Assembly (NCBI GenBank): GCA_951812525.1
Contig: OX638316.1
Coordinates: forward strand, 1,706,630 to 1,770,629
DNA length: 64,000 nt
Source: an uncultured Poribacteria bacterium
GTDB lineage: Bacteria; Poribacteria; WGA-4E; WGA-3G
Reading direction: 5' to 3'
Part shown: positions 18,779-27,112 of the stretch, piece by piece
Position numbering within the stretch: the first letter of the stretch is position 1
Layout: each line of letters starts with the position of its first letter
The notes under the pieces: generated by a model
Seen by the model: only the letters and a program-made list of their open reading frames with translations
The model's database searches: none
What the model was told of the DNA's origin: nothing
Position numbers and translations under genes: made by a program

Positions 18779-18790
18779 TTTCGGTCTCCT

Positions 18791-18813
18791 CAGCTGTCAT
18801 TATGTGACAACTG
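18791..18813 (-). promoter_or_regulatory. Intercistronic stem-loop spanning the cupin stop codon and abutting the M20 peptidase ribosome-binding site
   Basis: The reverse-strand RNA CAGUUGUCA-CAUAA-UGACAGCUG forms a 9 bp stem including one G-U pair. The UAA stop is in the loop and the 3' arm runs into GAGGAG. Confidence 0.45.
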
Positions 18814-19213
18814 CCTGATCGCCCGATGACAAGTGTTGCACCGTTTCGCCTGTCTCCGTAAATGTACGGGTTACGTTAACGGAAGCATAGGTCCATAAGA
18901 TTTTCATCGGTGCATTACTGTCGTTCCAAAATCGGTGCGGAATGCCCGCAGGAACGAACGTCGTATCGAAGGCTTTCATAGTAAAAACTTCGCCATCAAC
19001 TTCACAGGAGGCTTCGCCTTCGAGAATCGTAACGGACTCATCACAGTTGTGGTAGTGTCGGGCGATCGCCGCGCCCGGATCAAACATCGTCACGCCGTTG
19101 GTGAGTGAGGTCGAATCGATCCATTTACCGGCTAACGGCACGGTTTTCACGCCGGTTCCCCGATCGATAGGATTCTGTTTCTCAAAATCGATGATATGTG
19201 CTTTTGTGCTCAT
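18800..19213 (-). CDS. Cupin domain protein
   Basis: 137 aa. The two cupin motifs are ARHYHNCDESVTILEG and FVPAGIPHRF. Confidence 0.75.
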   Translation of the reverse strand: MSTKAHIIDFEKQNPIDRGTGVKTVPLAGKWIDSTSLTNGVTMFDPGAAIARHYHNCDESVTILEGEASCEVDGEVFTMKAFDTTFVPAGIPHRFWNDSNAPMKILWTYASVNVTRTFTETGETVQHLSSGDQAVVT

Positions 19214-19719
19214 CTCTGATATATCTCTCTTTTAGTAATAAGATTTGACTTAGTGTAGCATGAGCGGACAAAAATTGCAAGGGCTTCTAAGAGTTTCTAA
19301 TCCCCAATCGCCGACTACCGAAAACCGATAATCAAAGAAAAACTGAATGACCCTAAAGCGGAGACCCTGTATCTTGAATCTATTCTTGAAGGGTGTTATT
19401 AAATTATTAAGAATTATCATAACTACATATCCTCCATTTTCCAATTTCCTACGTTGCGCCAAAGTATCTTACCCTACAGTTATTGCGCAACATACCACAA
19501 TTTATGCGTAATACATTGCAATATTTGTGTGCTGAGCAACACGCGAGAAAGAATGCAAAGATGCGTTATCTTCTCAGTAAGTACGGTTTTTTAGAAAAAA
19601 GGAAAGACCCGCATATTTTGAAAAATCCAGTATGTGTCAGGACTATGGATGAATTACAGAGAAAAATATGTGTGGAATTCCAGCGTTTTTTCACAAACAT
19701 TGCACCTTTTTGAGAAAAT

Positions 19720-19734
19720 TGGCACAAAACTTGC
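19720..19734 (+). promoter_or_regulatory. Sigma54-like -24/-12 element
   Basis: TGGCACaaaacTTGC matches TGGCACG-N4-TTGCW with correct GG/GC spacing. It lies about 320 nt upstream of the giant LRR gene. Confidence 0.35.
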
Positions 19735-19758
19735 TACATTCAATCGAGTTGATATAAT
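19731..19758 (+). promoter_or_regulatory. Sigma70-like promoter with an extended -10
   Basis: TTGCTA, a 16 nt spacer ending in TGa, then TATAAT (19753-19758). It overlaps the sigma54-like element. Confidence 0.4.
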
Positions 19759-20052
19759 CATATCAGACCGTTGAAATAAATAAAAATTTATATTTATTAA
19801 AAGATAAAATAGGATTAATAATCAGGTCTAATGTATTTCTACGATGCGAATGGACCTGTATTTATGCTAGATTTTAGAATTACTTATACACTCTGCACCG
19901 GCGAAGAATGTAAAGCTAAGACAAATTATACTTTCGTAGCATAATTTGGAAACTTCGCCTACCAGGACGAGGAAATGTTCATTTATTTTTAGAACTTACC
20001 ATATATAAAACATACGTTAGCAACAACCTACCTATATTTTCCAAGTCTAAGT

Positions 20053-23000
20053 ATGAAATTTGCCAAACTAATATTTATCCTCTCTTTTTCGAGATTCCTT
20101 GTGTCTGGACTGATTCTGTGTGCAGTGAGTCAAGATGGTGTGTTGGAAGCGAAAGGCTTTTCGCAAGGGATTCACCAACGCCGTTGCGACCATGTCAATG
20201 GACAGTTCTGCTTTTTATATGGTACCCAGGAGGATGCCAATACACATATCCCGCCGCCTCCACTGGCGAAAAGACCTAGGCGTGGTCGCGCGGTCAAGAC
20301 GGTCCAGTCGTCATTTGTGGTAACATACACCGGTTTTACGCCAGAAGCGAGGGCAGCATTTCAATATGCTGTTGACATCTGGGCTTCATTTATCCGATCA
20401 CCTGTACTGATCCGGATTGATGCGGAGTTTAAGTACCTAGGTGGTTATTATAATGGATTCATTATCTTGGGAGGTACTAGGAACCTAAACCAATTTTCTC
20501 CCACATCAGAAGATCTGTGGTACCCTGTAGCACTTGCTAATAAGATTTCAAAACGGGACTTGGATATTTCTGGATTTGACATGAAGGCAACTTTCAACAG
20601 TGCCACCGAAGCAGGTTGGTATTTTGGCACCGATGGAAATATATCATCGGGTCAATATGACTTCGTTAGTCTCGTGCTGCATGAAATTGGCCACGGGCTT
20701 GCTATTATGGGTGGAGCTGCTGACACTTTCGATGTTAACAATCCTATCATGCCTACCGAGGGGGAGCTTAGGCACGGAACTCCGCGTTATCCATATATCT
20801 ATGATAATTTCGTCGTCAATGGATCTGGGACAGCGATCACATCTTTTGAAGATCCGTCCGCTGATCTTTTCACACAGTTTACCAGTGACAACCTGTTCTG
20901 GGATGGGACGCAAGGGAAAGCTGCAAACGATGGATCTCGTCCTAAGCTTTATGCACCCAGTCCCTGGAATCCAGGTCCAAGTTACTACCACTTGGATGAG
21001 GATACATATCCACCAGGTAGCGGCAATTCTTTAATGACACCGTTTATGAGGCAGGCAGAAGTAACACACCATCCGGGTCCCATTGTGCTTGGTATGCTTG
21101 AGGATATGGGATGGACAATCAACTCACCACCCGTGTTTGCCACAGATACCACCACCCGCTCAGTCGAAGAGAATACCGCGGCGGGTACAAACATCGGTAG
21201 TGCTGTGACAGCGACGGATTCTGACACGGGTGACACCTTGACTTACAGCCTCAGAGGGACAGATGCAACATCGTTTGCTATTGAAAGCACAACCGGACAG
21301 TTGAAGACATCAGTGCCTCTTAACTACGAGGTCAAAGATACCTATACCCTAACTGTCGTTGTCGATGATAGTGTCACGGAAGATACAATTGAGGTCACCA
21401 TTAACGTCACGGATACCAACGATCCACCTAGGTTTTCTACAGCCAGCACGACTCGCGAAATATTAGAGGGGACATCAGCAAATCAAAATATCGGTGCGCC
21501 TGTGTTGGCGACGGACGAAGACCTCAATGACACCGCTTTAACCTATAGCCTTGGTGGCACTGATGCAGGATCCTTTAGTATTGATGAGGGGACAGGACAG
21601 TTAAAAACGAAATCAGTTCTCAACTATAATACCCGGAGGACGTATGAGATAAGCGTCATAGCGACAGGTAGTGAAAATCTCACGGGTAGTATCAGCGTCA
21701 CGATCAACGTCATTGGGATCGTGTCTTTTACAGATACAGCGTTGGCAGCAGCGGTGCGAAGGGCACTGGGTATAGCCTCAGAAGCGTCTATCCTTACGAA
21801 TGCGTTGGCATCTCTTATGAGTTTGACAGCGTCAGGGGATGACATAAGCGATCTGATGGGACTCGAATATGCGACGGGTTTAACGAGTTTGAATCTCTCA
21901 GATAATGCGATTGTCGATTTGAGTGCTTTAGAAAATTTGGTGAGCCTTGAGACGCTGGATCTATCGGATAATGCGATTGTGAACCTGTCAAATCTATCGG
22001 GTTTGAGTGCCTTGACGGATTTGGATTTGTTAAACAATAAGATAACGAATATCTCATCGCTGCGAGGTTTGACGAGTCTTGAGACTTTAGATTTAGATGG
22101 TAATAAGATTGAGAATGTGTCGTCGCTATCAGGTTTGAGTAGTTTGAGGCGTTTAGAGCTACGCAATAACAATATAATGGATGTCACGCCGCTATCAGGG
22201 ATGACGCACTTGACGCATCTGTATCTGCGCGGTAATGAGAATCTTACAAATATCAAACGACTCTTAAAACTCACCAGCACGACGATAGATATAACTCTCC
22301 CTGACTTCGTTGAGATCCCGGATACCAACTTAGCCGCAGCCTTACGAAGTGAGTTGAATTTACCAGTTGGTGACCCGATCCTCCCAGAGGAGATAGGAAC
22401 ACTAACGACGTTCAGCGCATCGAATCGGGGCATCATCACCCTCACCGGTCTTGAGACAGCGGCGGGGTTGTCGAACTTAACGCTCTCGAACAATACGATT
22501 GAAGATCTCGAACCGCTGGAAGAGTTGACGGGTCTGACGGATTTGAATCTCAGTAATAACCAAATTGTTGATCTCGAACCGCTGGAAGATTTGACGAGTC
22601 TTGAAACGTTAGACTTGCGGAATAATCTAATAACAGATGTTGCACCATTGGCAGGATTAGGAAAGCTGACGCTGTTGCAACTCGGCGGTAACAGCGTCGC
22701 GAATCCGGGAGCACTCTATGAACTACAGCGAGGCGGCACAACGATAACAGGTGTTGATGTCCCGACGGATGTTATATTTGTTGATGCCAACTTGGAAGCG
22801 GTGGTAAGACAGGCTTTGCGGATAGCCGCTGCGGATCCTATCTCTCCAGACGTAATGGCAACACTGACGCAGCTAACTGCCGCCGGTAAAAGTATAACTT
22901 CCTTGAGTGGACTTGAGGATGCCGGTCTGTTGGAAACATTAGATGTCGGTCAGAATGCGATTTCGGATCTCGGTCCACTCTCAGGTTTGACGCGCCTTGA

Positions 23001-25383
23001 GCGGTTGGATTTAGCGGATAATCCGATAACAAATATATCCTCGCTCTCAGGTTTGACGCGCCTTGAGCGGTTGGATCTGCGAAATAACAATGTAACCGAT
23101 ACCGCACTACTCTCGCGGATGACGCATCTGCGGTATCTGTATGTGCGCGGCAATGAGAATCTTGAGAGTCTCAAGCAGCTCGTAAAACTCAAGGAAGCGG
23201 GGACGATAGTAGACATTACACTCCCTAGACCTGTGACGTTCCGAGATGATAACTTGAAGGTATTCCTACGAAGTGCGTTGGGTTTACAACCCGACGATCC
23301 AATCTTCCCCGAAGATATGGAAGTGCTAACGACGTTTAGCGCACCGAATGCGGGTATCGTCACCCTGACGGGTCTTGAGACAGCCACGGCGTTGACGAGT
23401 TTGGTGCTTTCGGACAATCAGATTACAAGTCTAAGTCCACTCTCACGTTTGGCGCATCTGACGAATTTAAACCTGTCTACTAATCAGATATCGAGTGTGA
23501 GTTCGCTATCAGGTTTGACGAGTCTGACGGATTTGAATCTTTCAGGTAATCGGATATCGAGTGTGAGTTCGCTCTCTCGCCTGACGAATCTAACAACACT
23601 GAATCTGTCGATGAACCAGATAATAACGCTAACTTCACTGTCGGGTTTAAGCAGTCTAAGGACGTTGAACCTATCAGATAATCGGATTCGGAATGTTTTA
23701 CCCCTGCAAGTTTTGAGTCGTCTGCGGACGTTGAACCTCTCTGGCAATGTAGGTATAACAAATGCGGATGTGCTCTATAAACTCGAGCAAGGTGGTACGA
23801 CCGTAGTTTTGCCCCCAGGGATAACGCTCCCGACAAACGCTGTGGTGTTCAACAATACAGCTTTAGAAGCGTCAGTGAGAAGTGCGTTGCGTATATCGAC
23901 AGGTTCCCCGATTTATCCAGAGAAAATAACGGACCTCATACGTCTAACAGCGACGCGTAAAGAGATAGATGACCTGACGGGACTTGAAGCAGCAATGCGT
24001 CTTGAGATTTTGGATTTGGGTGATAATGCGATTTCGGATTTGGAACCGCTTGAAAATTTGACGGGTTTGACTACGTTGGACTTAGCGGATAACGCAATTG
24101 AAACATTGCGTGCGCTTTCGGGTTTGAGTAATCTAACAATTTTGGATTTGGACGATAATCAGATTGAAGATGTGTCGCCACTGCGCAATTTAAGTAGTCT
24201 AACGCGACTGGAATTACGAGATAACGATGTGATGGATGTTACCCCGCTGAAGGATTTAACAAACCTGAACCAAATCTATCTTCGAGGCAATGAGAATCTT
24301 GAGCATCTGGAATGGCTGGGTGCGCTTGAAAATCTCCGATCGGATATTAATCTGCCGGATGTCGTCAGAATCCCAGACGCAAATTTAGATGTTGCTGTCC
24401 GCACCGCTCTCCGGTCAGCAGGAAATACGGTATCCAATGATCTACCGATGTCAGAGGAACTTCTTGAAAGTTTAGAGGCGTTAACAGCCTCGAATAGAAA
24501 CATAGTAAACCTTACCGGCTGTGAGTACATGACGAGTTTGACAAGTTTGGATCTACGCAATAATCAGATAAGGGATGTCTTGCCACTGTCAAGGTTGTAT
24601 TCTCTTGAAACGTTAATGCTTGCTGGGAATCCGATTTTGGACACCTCTGTGCTCCGGGAGTTGGAACGTCGTGGAACCGAAATTGATATTACGATATATC
24701 GGTATCCGTTCTGGGATGTCAACCAAGATAGTGATGTAGATGAAGCGGATCTGTATCTGATAACGGCAACCATCACAGGAGAATCGCCAGATGTCAACGG
24801 AGACGGTTTAGTTAATGGAGAGGATCGGGAGGCAGCGGATGCGAACAGAGATGGTCTTGTGGATACTGATGATCTTCTGTTTGTCTTTGAGAAGCAGGAT
24901 CGTCCTGTGCGTCTTGCTCCGCCACTGCTTAGTGTGCAGGATACGGACCTGAATTGGCAGCTGCTGGAACGAATAGATGCCGGTCAGTTGCGCGTGCAGC
25001 TTGCGATTCTGAGTGCTAAAAGCGATGGTTCTTTGAAATATCAGCAGACGATTGCGTTCCTACAGGCGATTCTGATAACGATCCAACCGAATCAGACCTT
25101 ACTGTTGGTAAACTATCCGAATCCGTTCAATCCTGAGACGTGGATTCCGTATCAGTTAGCGCGTGGCAGCAATGTCCGGATTGCGATTTATGATACCAAG
25201 GGTGCGGTTGTCCGACGTTTAGCGTTGGGCTATCGATCTGAAGGGTATTACAGAATTCCCAGTCGTGCAGCGTATTGGGATGGTAGGAATAATGTCGGTG
25301 AGCGTGTTGCGAGCGGTATCTACTTCTACCAACTCGAGACGGACGATGTTTCTCTCTTGCGAAAGATGGTGATTTTAAAGTAG
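20053..25383 (+). CDS. Giant secreted multidomain protein: HExxH metalloprotease-like domain, 2 cadherin-like repeats, 5 leucine-rich-repeat blocks, dockerin/EF-hand-like segment, T9SS-type C-terminal sorting domain
   Basis: 1776 aa with an N-terminal signal sequence. HEIGHGL is encoded at nt 20680-20700. Cadherin-like repeats read ATDSDTGDTLTYSL...INVTDTNDPP (about 21130-21720). The 22-residue LRR units follow LxxLxxLxLxxNxIxD (about 21720-24700). The DxNxDGxVD pairs lie at about 24710-24890. The tail NYPNPFNPETWIPYQL...SGIYFYQLETDD...KMVILK resembles the Por secretion tail. Confidence 0.9.
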   Translation: MKFAKLIFILSFSRFLVSGLILCAVSQDGVLEAKGFSQGIHQRRCDHVNGQFCFLYGTQEDANTHIPPPPLAKRPRRGRAVKTVQSSFVVTYTGFTPEARAAFQYAVDIWASFIRSPVLIRIDAEFKYLGGYYNGFIILGGTRNLNQFSPTSEDLWYPVALANKISKRDLDISGFDMKATFNSATEAGWYFGTDGNISSGQYDFVSLVLHEIGHGLAIMGGAADTFDVNNPIMPTEGELRHGTPRYPYIYDNFVVNGSGTAITSFEDPSADLFTQFTSDNLFWDGTQGKAANDGSRPKLYAPSPWNPGPSYYHLDEDTYPPGSGNSLMTPFMRQAEVTHHPGPIVLGMLEDMGWTINSPPVFATDTTTRSVEENTAAGTNIGSAVTATDSDTGDTLTYSLRGTDATSFAIESTTGQLKTSVPLNYEVKDTYTLTVVVDDSVTEDTIEVTINVTDTNDPPRFSTASTTREILEGTSANQNIGAPVLATDEDLNDTALTYSLGGTDAGSFSIDEGTGQLKTKSVLNYNTRRTYEISVIATGSENLTGSISVTINVIGIVSFTDTALAAAVRRALGIASEASILTNALASLMSLTASGDDISDLMGLEYATGLTSLNLSDNAIVDLSALENLVSLETLDLSDNAIVNLSNLSGLSALTDLDLLNNKITNISSLRGLTSLETLDLDGNKIENVSSLSGLSSLRRLELRNNNIMDVTPLSGMTHLTHLYLRGNENLTNIKRLLKLTSTTIDITLPDFVEIPDTNLAAALRSELNLPVGDPILPEEIGTLTTFSASNRGIITLTGLETAAGLSNLTLSNNTIEDLEPLEELTGLTDLNLSNNQIVDLEPLEDLTSLETLDLRNNLITDVAPLAGLGKLTLLQLGGNSVANPGALYELQRGGTTITGVDVPTDVIFVDANLEAVVRQALRIAAADPISPDVMATLTQLTAAGKSITSLSGLEDAGLLETLDVGQNAISDLGPLSGLTRLERLDLADNPITNISSLSGLTRLERLDLRNNNVTDTALLSRMTHLRYLYVRGNENLESLKQLVKLKEAGTIVDITLPRPVTFRDDNLKVFLRSALGLQPDDPIFPEDMEVLTTFSAPNAGIVTLTGLETATALTSLVLSDNQITSLSPLSRLAHLTNLNLSTNQISSVSSLSGLTSLTDLNLSGNRISSVSSLSRLTNLTTLNLSMNQIITLTSLSGLSSLRTLNLSDNRIRNVLPLQVLSRLRTLNLSGNVGITNADVLYKLEQGGTTVVLPPGITLPTNAVVFNNTALEASVRSALRISTGSPIYPEKITDLIRLTATRKEIDDLTGLEAAMRLEILDLGDNAISDLEPLENLTGLTTLDLADNAIETLRALSGLSNLTILDLDDNQIEDVSPLRNLSSLTRLELRDNDVMDVTPLKDLTNLNQIYLRGNENLEHLEWLGALENLRSDINLPDVVRIPDANLDVAVRTALRSAGNTVSNDLPMSEELLESLEALTASNRNIVNLTGCEYMTSLTSLDLRNNQIRDVLPLSRLYSLETLMLAGNPILDTSVLRELERRGTEIDITIYRYPFWDVNQDSDVDEADLYLITATITGESPDVNGDGLVNGEDREAADANRDGLVDTDDLLFVFEKQDRPVRLAPPLLSVQDTDLNWQLLERIDAGQLRVQLAILSAKSDGSLKYQQTIAFLQAILITIQPNQTLLLVNYPNPFNPETWIPYQLARGSNVRIAIYDTKGAVVRRLALGYRSEGYYRIPSRAAYWDGRNNVGERVASGIYFYQLETDDVSLLRKMVILK
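21720..24700 (+). repeat. Coding tandem LRR array with a 66-nt unit, including exact unit-to-unit duplications
   Basis: A 33-nt exact repeat occurs at 22978-23010 and 23044-23076. A 21-nt exact repeat occurs at 23487-23507 and 23553-23573. Both are offset by 66 nt, one LRR unit. Confidence 0.85.
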
Positions 25384-25419
25384 TTGTTGGTTGAAAGTTA
25401 TAAGTTTATACGGTAAATA

Positions 25420-25444
25420 GGCGCGGTTAGAAACCGCGCCTACC
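25420..25444. repeat. REP-like hairpin element, copy b; probable bidirectional terminator between convergent genes
   Basis: GGCGCGGTT-AGA-AACCGCGCC followed by TACCTATTTT. It lies 37 nt after the LRR gene stop and directly abuts the M81 peptidase stop. Confidence 0.65.
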
Positions 25445-26919
25445 TATTTTAAGGTGACAGTTGAATCGAGTGGATAGATTGGTCGCCTTACCTTTTGGTA
25501 GTCATAACTGAAGAGGTTCGGACTGTGAACACCGGGTGTGTCTACATCCAAAATCTGGTGTGCGATGGGTGTGTAATCTGCGCGGAAATGGACAGCAGAT
25601 TTAAGGGCGATGAGTTTGCACGACTGCGGCTCTATTCCGACGCTCCGAAGCACTTCGGCATCATAAGGCTGAATCCGTCTTTCTGTTAGGACAATCTCAA
25701 CGCCACCAATTTGGACGACGGCTGTCCTGCCCATGTTCGCGGCGGTACCGCGTCCCATTGGACCCTTGAGAATAAATCTGCCGTCAGAGAGTGCCTTGAC
25801 GTATCCTGTGAGTGCAACGGGGGCACCGTGTTGTGTGTCTGTTTTGCCGCCGACGTTCAATTGGACGCGGTTTCCAACGCCTGCCTCGACTGCTTGGGTG
25901 ACAGATTCGGGATCAGCAATCACTGCGACCACAGCATCCTGAACATCTGCTTCTATGAATTTCTGTAGGATTGTCGTGCCGTCACAGGGACCGCCGCCAC
26001 CCGGGTTATCGGCACCATCTGCGAGAACGATCGGCCTGCTGTCTGTCTGATTAGCGAGTTCAATTGCGGATTCGACGGTGTGTAAGTTAAATGTGAACTC
26101 CTCGCGCAGCTCCCAGATGTGCGAGGCGAACTGATCGGCGTAGGTATCAGCGAGTGCCGCGTCTCCGTTGGTGGTAACGAGGACTGAAACACCAGCGTCT
26201 GTTATATCGGCAAATGGGAAGCCCATGGAGAGGGTCGCTGTCACAACGCCGCGTTCGGTTTCAAGGACGTGAAGTGCCTTGAGGACGTCTGTCATTGGCG
26301 GTTTCATTGTACACTGTGCAGGGGGCGCAGTCAGTAGCGGGAGTTGGCGGTATGCCATCGTCGGCTGGATTTTTCCCTCGTTCATGCCAAAGAGCAGTTG
26401 TCCGGCTTCAAACCCCCGTTCATAACAGTCTACGTGTGGGTAGGTGTCGAACCCAATGATGACATCGGAGTAGTGTGCCATCTGGGCGGTGATATTGGCG
26501 TGGAGGTCGAGGGTTGTAATGATCGGCGTTTCGCCTACGATTTCGCGTACAGCTTGGATTAGGTCGCCTTCTGCGTCTTCAAGTTCGTCTGTTACCATCG
26601 CGCCGTGTAAGTCGAGGAGCACCCCATCGAGTTCTCCGGCGTTCTGCAAAAGCGTTAAAAACTCAGATTTAAGCACCTGATAAGCGGCGTGCTCTACCAT
26701 ACCAGAGGGTGTCGCGAACGTCCACAGGAGTGGAACGGGTTGTAAATTGAGTTGTGCTGCGACATCGAGGAAACCGCCGGTAATCGTTCGGGTGCCTCGG
26801 AACGCCGTGATAATTGTGTCGCCTCGATGGTAACTCCCCTTTTTAAAGTTGTCAATGGTTGTCGCGACAGGTGAGAATGTGTTGGTTTCGTGTCCGATGC
26901 AACCGACTGCAATTCGCAT
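25444..26919 (-). CDS. M81 family metallopeptidase (MlrC-like)
   Basis: 491 aa. The N-terminus MRIAVGCIGHETNTFSP is typical of MlrC/DUF1485 proteins. Confidence 0.8.
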   Translation of the reverse strand: MRIAVGCIGHETNTFSPVATTIDNFKKGSYHRGDTIITAFRGTRTITGGFLDVAAQLNLQPVPLLWTFATPSGMVEHAAYQVLKSEFLTLLQNAGELDGVLLDLHGAMVTDELEDAEGDLIQAVREIVGETPIITTLDLHANITAQMAHYSDVIIGFDTYPHVDCYERGFEAGQLLFGMNEGKIQPTMAYRQLPLLTAPPAQCTMKPPMTDVLKALHVLETERGVVTATLSMGFPFADITDAGVSVLVTTNGDAALADTYADQFASHIWELREEFTFNLHTVESAIELANQTDSRPIVLADGADNPGGGGPCDGTTILQKFIEADVQDAVVAVIADPESVTQAVEAGVGNRVQLNVGGKTDTQHGAPVALTGYVKALSDGRFILKGPMGRGTAANMGRTAVVQIGGVEIVLTERRIQPYDAEVLRSVGIEPQSCKLIALKSAVHFRADYTPIAHQILDVDTPGVHSPNLFSYDYQKVRRPIYPLDSTVTLK

Positions 26920-27014
26920 GAGCTGCCACCTCGCATTTAGGTGTTCTGTGAGTTGTAGGGCAAATATATCATATCTTTGTCAGGGTGGCAAGTAAAAGTT
27001 TGCCCAGATTTTTG

Positions 27015-27043
27015 TTAATGAAAAAGCAGAGATTTGATAGAAT
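27015..27043 (+). promoter_or_regulatory. Sigma70-like promoter with an extended -10, upstream of the aldo/keto reductase gene
   Basis: TTAATG, a 17 nt spacer (aaaaagcagagatttga), then TAGAAT. It shares the motif AAAAAG..AGAG.ATTTGATAsAATG with 47242-47270. Confidence 0.4.
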
Positions 27044-27112
27044 GGTTGACAAAGATTCATAACTGCTAAATTTCAGAGTTACCAAGGCTAAATAGATGCA
27101 AGGGGATTTACT

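Noticed and set aside
19483-19713. A 76-aa basic ORF (69 aa from the ATG at 19504) in the AT-rich leader upstream of the LRR gene.
   Set aside because: It has no convincing ribosome-binding site and no recognisable motif, and its AT-rich composition is typical of non-coding DNA. It could be a real small protein, but the evidence is insufficient.
21624-22493. A 289-aa antisense ORF, and other long minus-strand ORFs (22950..23417, 23480..23836, 24276..24560), inside the giant LRR gene.
   Set aside because: The repetitive, codon-biased LRR sequence keeps the opposite strand free of stops. The translated products are Ser/Arg/Leu-rich low-complexity sequences with no motifs, and the sense ORF is unambiguous.
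21720-24700. Regular 66-nt periodic repeats that might superficially resemble a CRISPR array.
   Set aside because: The repeats are in-frame coding LRR units with degenerate rather than identical repeats and no spacer/repeat alternation. No cas genes are present.
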